Source of the DNA: Phaeosaccion multiseriatum
Lineage: Eukaryota > Protista > Ochrophyta, other classes
DNA: 64,000 nucleotides
Assembly (NCBI GenBank): GCA_965112735.1
Contig: OZ218958.1
Span: 310,001-374,000, forward strand
Direction: 5' to 3'
Part shown: piece after piece, positions 23,642-36,922 of the stretch
How the letters are laid out: each line of letters opens with the position of its first letter
How positions within the stretch are numbered: the stretch's first letter is position 1
The notes under the pieces: generated by a model
Seen by the model: only the letters and a program-made list of their open reading frames with translations
Databases searched by the model: none
Told to the model about the DNA's origin: nothing
Position numbers and translations under genes: made by a program

Positions 23642-25824
23642 TCAGCGCTCTGATGGTGTGACTTGCGCCCCGCGACTTGCAGCGGCAGCAGCACTTGCGT
23701 CTCCACCTCGCAGTCTTTGGGCTTCCCCCGGTGCTCCTTCCTCGGCATCATCTGCACCAGCAACTGCTTCTGCTCCTCCTCCTCCTCCCGCTGCGGCCTC
23801 TGCCGCCGCGGCCTCCGCCTCCCATTGCCTCACCACAGCTCTACTGCGGAGGTCGGCCTGCCGCACAGGCTCCGGTACTCGGAAGCGGCTCGTGGTTCCG
23901 ACCAGTCGCAGTGCCAGCCGCAGCGACACTCGGTGGCCCACAGACACGAACACCGGTCTCCGAAGCGACTTATGCAGGAGCAAGGCTGCCCCCCACATCC
24001 GTCCAGACGCCCCCTGCAACAGTACGTGCAGAGGGTAGTTCTGTTCCTGTTCCTGCTCCTGCTCCTCGCCCTCCTCGTTCTCCTCCTCCTCATTGCGTCC
24101 TTTGTGGTCGTCCTCCTCATCATCGCCGTCGGCCTTTCCACTGCTGGTGCCCTCCCTGTCCCTCCTCCTGCCCGGGTTGGCGGAAGGGGCGCTACCACTG
24201 CTACTGCCATCGACTTCGCTCGGTGCCGGCGCGGGTGTTGTATCACCAACTGCTGCTGTTGCTGCTGTTGCTGTACCACCAATTGCTACCGCTTCTGGTG
24301 GAGTATCACCAACTGCTACTGCTTCTGGTGCTGTATCGCGAACTGCTGCCCGCTCCTGTGGACACTTCGCCGCCTCTATTTGGGCCATGACGGACTCCTT
24401 GGTCATGCCGTCCATCTACATGTATGTAGTATGTAAGGACACGTAAGGGGCTGCGTCAGGGGCAGAGGAGGGACATTTGCACTCACGCACACACGCACAC
24501 ACAACGGAATACCACAGCAAATTTGATCGCCACATGTTCACAAGTCCGGGCAGGGTCTTGCCGGTGACAGGGGGGTGGACGAAGGAATGAATGACTGAAC
24601 GTCCATCAAAGTCGGTAAGATGAGGAGACGTGAGCAGAGCGGAACACGAGCAGAGCCCGTCTGCGGTGTGTGGAAAGTGGGAAAGTTCTCCACACCCCTC
24701 CTTTTCTGACCTGGAGAAAGTTCTTGGCCAGCCCGACGCAGCGGTGCCCCGTGAGAACTCCCAAGTGGGAGGCCAGGCCCATGGCCCGGGGGTGGAGCAC
24801 TCCATTGCCATCACAGATGACAACGTCCGGCTGGAGATCGGGCCTCTCCACCTGGGTAGGGGGCAGAGCCATGCCATCCAAGATTGGTGTGCACTAGTGT
24901 AAGGAGGTTTCCGCGTAGGGTATGAGGGATGATGACGATCTTTCCCCATCCATGGGTCCATGCGAGGGCTCACTCCCTATTCAATCTCTCTCTGGCTCGA
25001 AGGGAATGGCCTGCCTTGCCAACTGCCTCCGCTCTTGAGGGCCACTGCTCGTCAGCTACGACACTGCTCCTCAGTCAAGTTGACTGCACGATCACGGCAC
25101 AGGACGAGCGGTTCTACTGCCCATCTGTGTGACTGGTGCTCACCTTGAGACGATCGAAGAGAGGCAGCAAGTGGCCCACTTCTCGGAAGGCCAAGAACCC
25201 CGGGATGTAGGGCTCCCGCATGGTCACTCTGTCGAAGGCCTCCCACACCACCTCCAGCGAGGGCCAAGAGAGCACAACGAGAGAGGCACACGCGTTTTCG
25301 TTGGAGCCCTTAACGAAGCTAATGTCCACCTAGAGTATCACATACAAAGAGAGGGAAGGGGTCGCAGCCAGGTTGCCAAGCAGGGGAGTGAAGGGGAGGG
25401 GTGACATATATACATGACTGAGTCCCCATCGGCCGAACACCTGAGGAAAACTAACTTCTACAGCCTATGCCTTAAGCTGAATGCCTGCGTATCTGCCTAC
25501 AGCCCACACGCCTCCGCCCCAGCCCATCTTACTCACCCCACCCAAGTAGCGGAGATGCTGTCGGGGGAGCGGCTCGCTCTGCCCATCACGCTCACCGCAG
25601 TTTCTACCCCCTGAAGAACCCTTCACATCCCTCTCGCCCTCGTCATCCTCCTCCCCTTCCTCGTCCTGCTGATCAAAGATCCAAGATACATCGTCTTCTT
25701 CGACAACTTGTTGCCGGAGGCGCCGCTGCTCTTCCGCCCAGGAAGCCTCCAGCTCAACATCAGCTTGAGGCGGCGGTCGCGGTGCTTCTGCCTCTCCTCC
25801 TACTTCTCCCCCCCCCTCGTCCAT
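23642..25824 (-). CDS. ENDOV: Endonuclease V (inosine 3' endonuclease)
   Basis: Exons 25824-25537, 25329-25144, 24851-24711, 24415-23642. Motifs GGVDISF, PYIPGFLAFRE, DGNGVLHPR..GLASHLG, GLAKN, PVFVSVGH, RVPEPVRQAD. Contains a long low-complexity insertion. Confidence 0.93.
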
Positions 25825-26130
25825 GACGGACAGCTGTTATTTTTGCGAGAACACCTTGTCTTTGTCCGGATGAAGGAGGAGGGTTTAGGTGGCCCAGCGG
25901 CTGAATCCTATTCCTGTCTGGACTTGGCACGTTAGAAACTTCTCTGGCACTTGCCTATTGGGAGAGAGCATTGTTCCCTTTCAGCAGGAAGCTTTTCTTT
26001 CTTATCTTCTCTACCGCCTCGCACCCTTAAGTGCAGGAGGTGGTATCTACGTCGTCGCCATTTGTAGGGTCCCGCATTCCGCGCCATATGTGAAATCCTC
26101 TGCCCTGCCTCCTTCCCGCCCGCCCCCCCC

Positions 26131-29100
26131 TCACGCGAGCGATAGACGCCCCAAGCTGCCGGTCACGTCTAGATGAAGCTGAGGCAGCACCGGCAGCGCT
26201 TGGCCTTGTTGCTCTCGCTGTCGCTCTGCTCGATCGCCTCTTGGGCTTCTGGACGAGCCCCCTCCTCCTCCGCCCCCTCCGCCTACACTTTGCCCTCTTC
26301 TCGGCAGTGCCGTACCGATCCTCTCGTCCTCCTCGTCCTCCCCCTCCCCCTCCCCCCCCTCCCTATCGCTGGCAGATCGCCCGGCTCCATCACCACCACC
26401 TCCGCCTCCTCCTCCTCCTCCTCCTCCTCCTCCTCCTCCTCCTCCTCCTCCTCCTCCTCCTCCTCCTCCTCCTCCTCCTCCTCCTCCTCCTCCTCCTCCT
26501 CCTCCTCCTCCTCCTCCTCCTCCTCCTCCTCCTCCTCCTCCTCCTCCTCCTCCTCCTCCTCCTCCTCCTCCTCCTCCTCCTCCTCCTCCTCCTCCTCCTC
26601 CTCCTCCTCCTCCTCCTCCTCCTCCTCCTCCTCCTCCTCCTCCTCCTCCTCCTCCTCCTCCTCCTCCTCCTCCTCCTCCTCCTCCTCCTCCTCCTCCTCC
26701 TCCTCCTCCTCCTCCTCCTCCTCCTCCTCCTCCTCCTCCTCCTCCTCCTCCTCCTCCTCCTCCTCCTCCTCCTCCTTGGATGGCCGCGGCTTGGCGCAGA
26801 TTGTGCTGGTGCACCTGCAGCAGAAGCGATACGAAGTCATGCGCGTTCCGGAGGGGAGCCTCCGGTAACACAACACCGGCCGCGGGCTCCGAGTTGTGAC
26901 GGTTGCCAGACTGATTGCGGCCAGTAGTACCAGGAGTACTTCTACTAGCATGTCCACCACCCTCGTCGCTCTGTCGGGTCTCAGGGCTGGCCTGAGCGAC
27001 AATGGCTGCGGCAGCAGCGGCCACCACACTCGCGGCGCAGAGCTTCATGGGTTTCACATCACACGTGAGGGGAGGACTCTCCGACGGCGCCTCGGCTGCC
27101 ATCCTCTCTCCTCCTGCTCTCCTTGGTGGGCGGCGGGAGGGAGACCGCAGCTTGCCCCGCAAGAGCTGATCGAAGAGGGCGCTCTCCGCACCATGTGCAT
27201 TGCCATCGCGTGCATCCCTTTCATCATCCATGTCCACTGCGCCGTCATCGGAGTAGTCCCTCTGCTGGTTGCCCAGGAGGAGTGGCTCCTCGCCACTAGC
27301 ACAGAAATCAACAACCCCCTCGCTTTCTCCTCGCCCTTCTTCCCCCTCCCCGTCGCTCGGGAAGTCTAGTGCCCTGATTCCCCCGCCCTCTTCCTCGTCC
27401 TCGTCTTCGTCCTCCCCTCCGCCACCCTCCCCCCCTGCCCGCAGATGAGCCTTCCTTGCCTCTCTGAGGTCGTCGTGCATGGGGTGCACGAGGCTGCGGA
27501 AACCCTCCTCACCCTCGCGTCTCCCAAACCTGATTGGTACATTCATTGGGAGCGAGAAAGAGAGAGACCATCGGGGTGAGAGAGGCGGCAAAATGCCTCG
27601 AAAGACTCATTCATGTGATGTGGGTGCGTACGTAGACACACATTCAAAGCGAGCAAGCCCTTTCGTTCCCGTCCTCACTGCTTTTTTCGCATCCATCTTG
27701 CCTCACCTCAACCTGGTCCTTGGCAGCCAATCCAGCTGTGCTCCCATCGGATTCGGCTTCCTCCACGAGGAGCTGCATACACTGCCTGCACCCGTAGGCC
27801 CACTGGAGGAGCCGCTGCGCCGCAGGAGGAGCCTCCCCACTGCGTCGGCATACTCCCTCATGGACGGATAGTGCTGGTGCTGATGGGCAATGATCCTGTT
27901 GCTGTTGCTGCTGCTGCTGGGGCCGAAGCCTGCTACTCGGGCTGCTTCGAGCGACAAGATGTGCGAGGGCGCTGCTCCCGTCGTTCTTGCTGCTGCCGCG
28001 GCCGATTTGCCCTGCCTCCCCGCCTCCTTCTTGCCCCTCTCCTTGTCCCTCTTGCTTGCTGCCCCTGCGCTCGAAGCGGAAGTGTGGTGCACCTTCATGG
28101 GAGGAAAGTGAGCGGGAGAGGGAGGGGGAGGAGGAGGAAGTCTCTGTGGTGTCGACGGTCTTCTCCTCTTGCAGCTGCTGCTCACGTCGGCGCTCTGATC
28201 CACAATTGGCGACGCCGCACTCAACCTGTACGGGTTGTACACTGTCCCTGCCAGGGAGGTTGAGGGGGAGGAGAGTCGAGGCATATGGGTGGTCGATCGC
28301 TTGAGTGGAAGCGCCGAAGACGTGCGGCCCCTGCGGTCATTCTCTTGGTCCTCCTCTTCTTCGATGTCATCGTCGTCGTCGTCGCGAGTGCCACGGCGAT
28401 CGTCCTCCTCCTCCCCGTATGCTTTTCCCATCCCCCGAGCATTGCTTGTCGGCCCGCTGTGGTCCAACTCCTTATCACCGCCCCTCCTCCCTTGCCCCCC
28501 TTGTTCTCTAGAGATGCTGCCGTTGTCGTACGCCGCCGATCCTTCCCCTCCTCCTCCTCCTCCTCCTCCCCCCGATGCTGCGATGCCCTCCAAGTCTTCT
28601 TGCACGCAATCGTCTTCAAGCCCCAGCGCGAGGCGAATCGATTCGCCTTCTGCACCATCACCGGAATCTGACCCCAAGTCAGAGAAGGTTGACGTTCCTT
28701 CTTCCTGTTCCTCGTCCGTCGAAGCAGCAGTCCCGCAGGAGGAGCAAGAGGAGGAGTCTTGTACCCCACCACCGCCCACCGCGGCCGCCTCCTGCACCAC
28801 CTTGAGTGAGAAGGGCTGCACGAAGCGCATAAGCTTATGGAGCACCCCCGCCTTCACTTGCAGGGGAACAAGCAGCGAGTCCGAGGAGGCGTGCGCCAAG
28901 ACCCTTCCACCTCTCCGCCTCTCCGCCTCTGCACACCCATGACTCTTCTCCTCGTCATCGTGGTCGCTCTGGGGGTTCGTCTCTGCTCCTCCTCCATCGG
29001 ACTCCGCACCGTGCAAGGCATGCCCCAGTCGAGAGCCCTGTTCCTGCCTGTTGGGGTCGTCACGCACGCGCCCACCCAGCTCCGTCATGCTCGCATCATC

Positions 29101-30199
29101 ACGAGCGTCCTCTGCTGCGCGGAGGGGAACCGTGTGGCGCCCACTATACTCGAACACCAATCTCCACATGTCCGGAGGAGCGGAGGAAGCGTAGTCGGAC
29201 TCCGCTGCTGCACCTGTGCCCCCCTCCGAGGCCTTTACCCCCCCACCCTTCTTCTTCTTGCTCTTGTTCTTGTTCTCCACATGTGTGGTGCTGCTGCTCT
29301 GTGCGGCCCCCCGTCCGGGCGCGCTCTCGATCATCTCTCGGCAGTGCTGCACGAGCACGTCTGACGCGAGAGCGATGGCCTCTTCTTCGCCCTCGCTCTC
29401 GGGCTCGCTGTCTTCCTCTCCCCCCTCTTCTTCCTCTTCTAAGTGCTGCTGCGCTTTGCTGCGCCCTGCTTCCTTCCCAGTACGTGCTGCTCGTTGGCTA
29501 GCCCGAAGCCCCGCTGCTGGGAAGATCTGAGCGATAATGTTGATGGTGGCAGTAGCACAAGTGTCCCTGCTGCCTCGGGAGAGAAGAGCCTCCATCAGAG
29601 CCGCTTTCGCTTCGACAGCAGCATCGTGAGGGCTGCCAGCGCCCTCCTTGTCCTGTCTGAGCCGCGAGGAGGAGCCCGTAGGACTCTTCTCTGAGGAAGC
29701 CGCCTCCGCCTCCTGCCCCGTCTCCTCCTCGCCCTCCTCCTCCTCGTCCTGCTGCTGCTGCTGCTGCTGCTGCTCAGTGGCGACCGACGAGTCAGGAGGA
29801 AGAGCGCCCAAGCCTTTGCTCGAAGAGTTGCTCTCCTTGGCCAAGAAAGCGACTTGTTTGCTCAGAACCTGGCAACACGCAAGAAAGGAGGTGATCAACA
29901 TTGCCAATCAACCAGCGCAAGGAAGCATGATTGAAGCAGGAGAGTAAGAATTGGAGAAGGCTCCTCGCTTCTACTTCCCCTCTGTGTGTCCCCATTGTTC
30001 CTGCGCTGCTGGCTGCCCGACTCGTTGTCGCCGTTGCCCACCGACGCACCTCCACCCTCTTCCGGATCTCTTCCGAGAGCCTTTCGAGCTCCTCACGATC
30101 CTCGGGGCCCTCCTCCCGCTGCTCCTCGACCACCGCATCCGCGTTGCTGCTCCTGCTGCTGGCCCCTTCCTCATCTTTGAAGTGAAAGGCCGAGGTCAC
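26131..30199 (-). CDS. Large low-complexity, probably disordered uncharacterised protein
   Basis: Phase-compatible exons ~30199-30049, 29868-27707 and 27529-26131, including a 734-codon open frame. 5' end undefined; no domain recognised. Confidence 0.55.
26405..26776. repeat. Uninterrupted (CCT/AGG)n, ~124 units
   Basis: Directly visible. Confidence 0.97.
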
Positions 30200-30921
30200 C
30201 TGTGGTTGTGCGAGCGAGTGAGAGAGAGAGATGTACAACAAAGGGCGCGCTTTCCGCAGCAGCAGCAGCAGCAGCAGCACTGAGTAAAATATCACACATA
30301 CCAAGGAGCACGACTGCTGGCAAAAGGGGTCGTTCTTCCGCTGGGCCATCTGTAAAGTCTGAGCCTTTTTTGTTGTCTCAAAGGCCGAAAACCCGGGGGG
30401 TCCCTACTTTTCATTCGATCTCTCGCGAGTCAACCCCTTTGTTTGACGAGCCTTAAGGCTTAATAGCTTCATTAGGAAGGGGGTGGGAGTGCAATGCAAG
30501 CAAAGACGCCTCAACTGGGCACAGTCACTCCCATTCAAAGAGCTACATAAAGTAAGTAAGTCCTGCGATGAGGTGCGAGAGTCTGCCTTCCTCTTTCATC
30601 CCGCCGCAAGAGTGCAAAAGGGGGACGCGCTCGTGGAGACGAGACAGATAGATAGCCCTCCCACTGCGGCGCGATGTCCACCGCGAAGGCCCTGTGTCTG
30701 TGCCCTGTGGCAATGCGCATCTCAAGCAAGAAAAGGAGTGAACAGAGCTGAGCAGAGCAGAGCTGAGCAGAGCTGCCTCCAAATCGTCTCCACGCGGCGC
30801 CCGCGTCCTTCCCCCTCCTCCGCCCTGAGCAAAGACAGCACACTTTCGTTCTAGTAAGCCGCCACAGCAAGGAAATACCACCACACTCTTTTTCTCTGGC
30901 CCCTCGACTCCGGCCCCTTCC

Positions 30922-31300
30922 TCAGTCCTGGCAGTGGCAGGGGTGTCCGTTTGCGAGCACCCACTGCTTAATCTCCTGAAAGGGCTTCTCACTAGCGCTC
31001 CATTCCCTACCGCATTTACACAGACTCTGGTGCCTGATGATCTGTGGGCACGACCCTTCGTCCCACTCAAACTGCACTTCCTCTGATCGGAGCCACTTGG
31101 GTATCGGGAAATTCCTGCCTCCCATGACTGCCGATTGACAGACCTCCGCATGCCAATAGAGAAGAGGTCACGGGCCTTCGCGTGCAGGAACTGCAGTGTC
31201 TCATGTTGTCCCACGCAATCAGCGCGCTCAACCCCACTGCGCCAATGATAAGCTTCGCTTCCTCGTCCGGGTCATTATCTTCCAGCAAAGCTAAGCAAAG
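30922..31300 (-). pseudogene. Intronless, frameshifted paralog of the 3' end of the ankyrin-like gene at 10628-14830
   Basis: GQHETLQFLHAKARDLF vs GRLDTLKFLHSKARHLC; KWLRSE..EWDEGSCP vs KWFRSE..DWDESSCP; EIKQWVLANGHPCHC vs EIKAWVHANGCPCDC. Frameshifts near 31215 and 31160. Confidence 0.7.
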
Positions 31301-31654
31301 CAAAGGTCTCGTGCGAGGTTGACTCATGGCGGGCCACGCAGTATCGCATACACGCACAAAGCCCGCCAAAGCGGGACATCGATTGGTTGCCCCCAGACGT
31401 GCAGCTTGCCTGGCAGGCTCCTGTGCTGCTGCTGTATCACCAACTGCTGATGATGAGGCGCTGAGAACGCCCTCCCAGACCCGCGCGCTTCTCGCGTAGA
31501 GCACAGGGTGGGTAGAGGATTAGGCCCCACTCGCCACTCAACCCAAAGCCATTTGGAGACGACCGACGTCAATTGCCATGTCACGTCAGCAGAGAATCAG
31601 ACGCTGCTCTACTTCCCTCTGCTGGCCTCGACCCATGCAATGCACGGCACTGCC

Positions 31655-32127
31655 TCACACAACCTGCGCTGCTCTGTCCCGTTGCCGCTGCGCCGCCGTG
31701 CCATTCCCCATGGCGGCTCCATTGCCATTGCCATTGCCATTGCCATTGCCATTGCCATTCTCAGTGTCAGCTTTGCTCAGCCCCGAGTTGACGCGCTGGA
31801 AGGCCGTCTGCGAGGAGGAGGATGCGGAAATCGAAGAAGGCGTCCCGGCCACACTGCTAACATTGGAACCACCCCCCCCACCACCTATCAGCGCTGTCCT
31901 ACTCGAACCGCCGCCGGAGCGAGCAGATGACGGGGAGCCGGTCGAGGCTCTCCGGTTCCACAAATCGCAGACCTTGCCTTGACCGAAGCACAAGAGGCGC
32001 TTGCCGCAGGTCAGGCCGAGAAGCAGGGCCACGAGCAGGCCCGCGATGGAAAGGTGCACGTACTGCTGCTGCAAGACGGACGACTCCATGGCGGCGAGCA
32101 GCGGGTGAGCAGCCACACGTAGTTCTG
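31655..32127 (-). other. Orphan exon-like segment encoding a TM helix; possibly a terminal exon of the epimerase gene
   Basis: Polypyrimidine tract plus ctgcag acceptor at ~32128, followed by HLSIAGLLVALLLGLTCG in an open frame. Confidence 0.35.
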
Positions 32128-32671
32128 CAGGAGGGGAGGGAGGGAAGGAGGGAGGGAGGGAGGGAGGGAGGGAGGGAGGGAGGGAGGAGGAAGGGAGGAA
32201 GCAAGGAGGGAGGGAGGGGGGGAGGGAAGGTAGGTATGAAGAAAGAAAGGAAGAAAGCACAGCGAGGGGCAAGATGAGGAGGAGGGGGTTGGACGAGGCG
32301 GGGGCAAAGTGGGGAGCGTGTCGGCCGTTGGTTACAGAAGGATGGGGAATGAGACTGACAAGTGGAATGTTACGAGGCCAACTTGTGGCCTAGGAAGAGT
32401 GAGCAGGGGGGAGACAACTGCGAGGAGAGGAGAGAGGCCTCCGGAGGCCCACAGATGCCTAGGAGGCTTACCCGGGGGGTACATGACGGGCGTTCCTCCC
32501 CAGCCCTTGGCGTAGCGCTCGTACGGCAGATAAGTACTGGAGATGCTTTCCACTGCCGCCGCCAGCTCTCCGCCACTGACGGGAGAGTTAAGAGCGGGAG
32601 AGAAGAGAGCAGCACAAATACACAGACAGAGAGAGGGTAGAGAGAGAGAGAGGTAGAGGGCGAGAGAGAGG

Positions 32672-32707
<36 letters not shown>

Positions 32708-32797
32708 GACACAATGAGAGAGAGGCCCTGAGCATATCCTCTTCACTTCCGTTTACTGCCATCCCTCCTCGCGTCGACTACGGTCTTCCCCAGTAAC

Positions 32798-34737
32798 TTA
32801 CCTCTTACCCTCCTCCGCCGCTCGCATCATGGGGGCGTACTCAGCGTTGTACCACTCCACAGTGCGCTGAATGCCCACCTCGAACGGGACCTGGCAGGAG
32901 CAGGAAGCGGAGGAGGTGGGTGGTGGAAGGGAGGAGGAGGAGGGGGAGGAGGAGGAGGAGGAGGAGGAGGAGGAGGAGCAGCAGCAGGAGGAGCAGCAGC
33001 AGGAGGAGGAGGAGAAGGAGAAGGAGGAGGAGAAGGAGGAGGAGGAGGAGGAGGAGGAGGAGGAGGAGGAGGAGGAGGAGGAGGAGGAGGAGGAGGAAGA
33101 GGGGGAGCAGCAGGAGGAGGAGGAGCCGGTTGAGGCGATGAACAGAATCTCCACGTTGGACCCACAGCACACACCCTCCAGCGCGACTTGACTCCTCGAC
33201 TCCCTTCCCCCCTCCAGAATTGCCTCTCCTACCCTCTAGTGATGTTACCTGCGGTTCGTATCCGAGCATGGTCCTGGCCTTGGTGATGTTGGCGCATGTT
33301 CGGGGCACGTCACCGGGCTGCATGGGAAGCTTGTCAATCGCTACATCCTTACCCACCGTCTGAGGAGCAAGGAGGGAGGGAGGGGGGGAAGGAGGAAAGG
33401 AGGGAGGGAGGCAGAGGCGTAGGGAGAGAGGGAGGGAGGGAGGGAGGGAGGGAGGGAGGGAGGGAGGGAGGGAGGGAGGGAGGGAGGGAGGGAGGGAGGG
33501 AGGGAGGAAGGGAGGAAGGGAGGAAGGGAGGAGGCAGGCAGGGAGGGAGGGAGGGAGGGAGGGAGGGAGGGAGGGAGGGAGGGAGGGAGGAAGGGAGGAG
33601 GCAGGGAAGAGAGGAGACGAGGAGGCAGGGGGGAGAGGAGGCAAGGAGGGAGGGAAGGGCATGCGAAAAATGTGAGTACACAGGAGGGGCAGTGCACTAT
33701 TGGAACGAGCAAGTCATCAAAGAAGGGGTCTAGAAATGAGTGTCCGAGACTGCCCCGGGTCACGGGGAAAGGCTCGCGAGCGAGTAGCTGCGGCGGAGAC
33801 TGTACGCAAACAGAGTAGAGCTCCTTCCTTCCTTCCTTCCTTCCTTCCATCCCGACATGCCATGTCGCTTTACTCGCTGCCTGCTATTGTGCGCAGACCC
33901 TTTCCCTTCTCCTCCTCCTCCTCCTCCTCCTCCTCCTCCTCCTTCGCCTGCTCCTGTTGCTGCTGCTGTATACCAGCGCAGCAGAAGAGTTAGACTGACC
34001 TTTTCCACGATGGAAATGAACGTACTCAGCTGCACGGGCTCACCACGGCCCAGGTTATAGATCTGCGCCCAATGAGGGAGGGGGGGCGAAGTGGCAGCAG
34101 CAGGGGTGGAGGGAGTCGGGGTCGGGGTCAGGGTCAGGGTCAGAGGGTCAGGGTCAGGGTCAGGGTCAGGGTCAGGGTCAGGGTCAGAGGGTCAGCGCCT
34201 ACAAGAGGTGCGTCGAGTCAGCAGCAGACGAAGCGAAGGAGAGGCGTGCACACACTAAAGAAGGGGAAAGGGAGAAAGGACACCGCTAGCTGCCGTAGTG
34301 GGGGCGAGCGACAGCTACAGCTGACGGTAGCACTAGGGCTAGCAATAGAGCGTTTACTCACAGCCCGAGAGGACGGAAAGGCCGAGTGACAAGTACGTGT
34401 GCATAGACTACAAACAGTTACGTATGTACGTACGTACGTACCTGATAGCCCTGCGGTTTGTTGAGGGCGGCGACGACCCCGGCAACGATGTCATCGATGA
34501 AGGTGTAGTCCCTCTGCGTCGAGCCGTCTCCATAGCGGCTGATGGGCACGTCACGACTTGCCAAGTCAATGAATTTGAAGGGGGCCTTGATGGAGGATCG
34601 ATCGGGGGGATGGGCGGGGAGGGGGAAGGGGAAGGGGAAGGGAGGGAGGCAGGTAAGTCAGTGGAGAGAGGGAGCGGCAGGCGTGGTCGCGTTACAAGTA
34701 CAGGAAACACGCATACGTACACTTACATTTTATATAT

Positions 34738-34787
<50 letters not shown>

Positions 34788-36447
34788 TATATATATATAT
34801 GTATATATGAGGGTCACACTGATACCCCCTCCTACACACACACTCCCTCTCTCTCTCGCTCTCTTATCTCTCTCACCATGTCAGGCCTCCCTCTGGGCCC
34901 GTAGACGGTGAAGAACCTCAAACCGCTGACGGGCAGGGAGTAGAGATGGTGATACGTATAGGCGATAAGCTCACAGCTCTGCGAGAGTGGGCCGATGAAG
35001 GGTTGCAGTTGGGTCAAAGATCATGGTGGTGTCGGAGTCAGGGGGGGGGGTGAGGAAAGGGGAAAGGGATATGGGCAAAAAGACGGGGGGGGCATGTAGG
35101 GGCTCCGCGCGAGGAGGACGGAAAGACATTGCGGAATGAAAGAGAGAGCACGAGTGTGTCAGTGAAAGAGAGAGCAAGAGGGTGTTAGTGGAAGAGACGG
35201 CACGAGTGTGTCAGCACCTCGTCTGAGAAGAAGCCCCACCTTACGCTCGTTCTCTCTAACAAGTGCTTCTATGCCCTGCCTGCCCCCCTACCTTCTTGGT
35301 GCCCGCGTATTGACTGATGGGTCGGTCCACGGGTTCGCTCTCGTCGAAAAAGACGCTGGGAGAGCCGCCGTAAACACTGCTCGAGCTCGCGAAGACGAAG
35401 GACGTGACCTTCTGCTCGCTCTCCCTACACGTCACGGGCAGGCATAAGGCATGCATCATGTGCGCAGGCATATGGGCAAACGCACGCACACGTAAGCAGG
35501 CAGTGCAGGGTAACAGGGATGAGGCAACTTGCGGGCACGGTGGGAAAAGGGTGTGGGAACAGAGCACTGAAGAAGAAGAGAGAGGGAGCAACAGACCGTC
35601 GCGAGGCACGCAAGCCCGGCCACCAATTCAATGGGGGGGAGTAGCGGAGAGGAGCAGCAGAGGCAGTAGTAGCACTCAAGGCCGCGGAACTTACGCGGCG
35701 AGTTGGAGCAACCTGGTGGTGCCCTCTACGTTAGAGTGCACGTAGAGAAATGGGTTCTCGATGGAGGGACGCACCCCCGCACGGGCAGCCAAGTGCACGA
35801 TCTGATGAGTGGAGCAGGAGAGGGGGAGGGTGGTAGGGGTGCGATGGAGGGGAAGTGCCAAGTTAGAGACGCGTGAGTGAAGCTACGCAGAAATGATGCA
35901 CAGTGTTCAGGTATCAACATCTCGGTCTCGCGTCATGCCTCTCTCTCTCAATCTATCACAGCAGCAACTGCCACCACGCCCCCACCCACTACCGCATCTT
36001 CTTCCCAGACGGGTTTATTTTTCTCTCTTCCCCTTCTCACCCCTCTTGCACTGCCTGATGCTCACCCTCGTCGGCTTCTCTGTGCTCCACACGGAGTTGA
36101 TGAAAGATTCGTCGCAGATGTCCCCCACGTAGATACGAAGGCGTTCAGGACCGTGCTGGGGGGTAAGGGCGAGCAGAAGAGAGGCCATGTAAACCGAGTA
36201 AGGGAGGGGAGGGAAAAGAAGCTTCCAAGGTCCCACTTCAAAGTCTTCTCTTCCCTCTCTCCCACCTACGCGGCCTCACCTTCTCCATGAGGTACAGCAG
36301 ATTGCGCCTCTTGAGGCGGACGTCGTAGTAGTCGTTCACCTCGTCCACCAGCGCCACTTCCTCCCCATCCTGCAGCAGTCGGTCGGCCACATGGCTCCCG
36401 ATAAAGCCCGCACCACCAGTGACCAGGACAGCACCCCTCCCGTTCAT
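32798..36447 (-). CDS. UDP-glucuronate 4-epimerase (GAE/CapI-type NAD-dependent epimerase), 9 exons
   Basis: Motifs [72 protein letters not shown]. Exons ~36447-36280, 36156-36066, 35800-35694, 35425-35292, 34979-34877, 34586-34442, 34062-34000, 33359-33249, 32890-32798. Confidence 0.92.
34730..34808. repeat. (TA)n microsatellite, intronic
   Basis: Directly visible AT island in GC-rich context. Confidence 0.9.
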
Positions 36448-36922
36448 GATGCGGCTCCTCCTGCTGAGCTGAGAGAGAAGTCCAGACTGCAGGGGGAGGC
36501 TGGCACAAGGTAATTAGTGAATTTTATCCGATTTGAGAGTCTGGGCGATCACTGTATCAGATGGGGACAGGTCTGGGGGATGGCACCAGACGGCAAAGGA
36601 ATCCTGTTGCGGGAGGGAGGAGGCATATCGAGGAGGAGTTGGATTTGGGAACGTTCAAAAACCTTGTGGTTAGTTCTGCTCAGATAGGGCTGAATAGGGG
36701 TGAGAGGATTGCTTCTACCTGATGTGCTCAGACTCCGCTAAGAGAAAACAGTCGCATCATCGGGCAGGAACATGGGGGCTTACTTCAGAGGAAAACTACA
36801 AACTACAAGGGCTTCAGTAGAGGCCTCTCCAGCTGCACGGCCATCCAAGAGAGCATCCGTAGAGCAGCAGCAGCAGCGGTACTAGCTATAGATCACGCAG
36901 CAGCAACGGCAACAGCACCACA

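Noticed and set aside
34126-34195. (GGTCAG)n as an interstitial telomeric repeat
   Set aside because: Does not match TTAGGG or TTTAGGG; it is a short intronic hexamer run.
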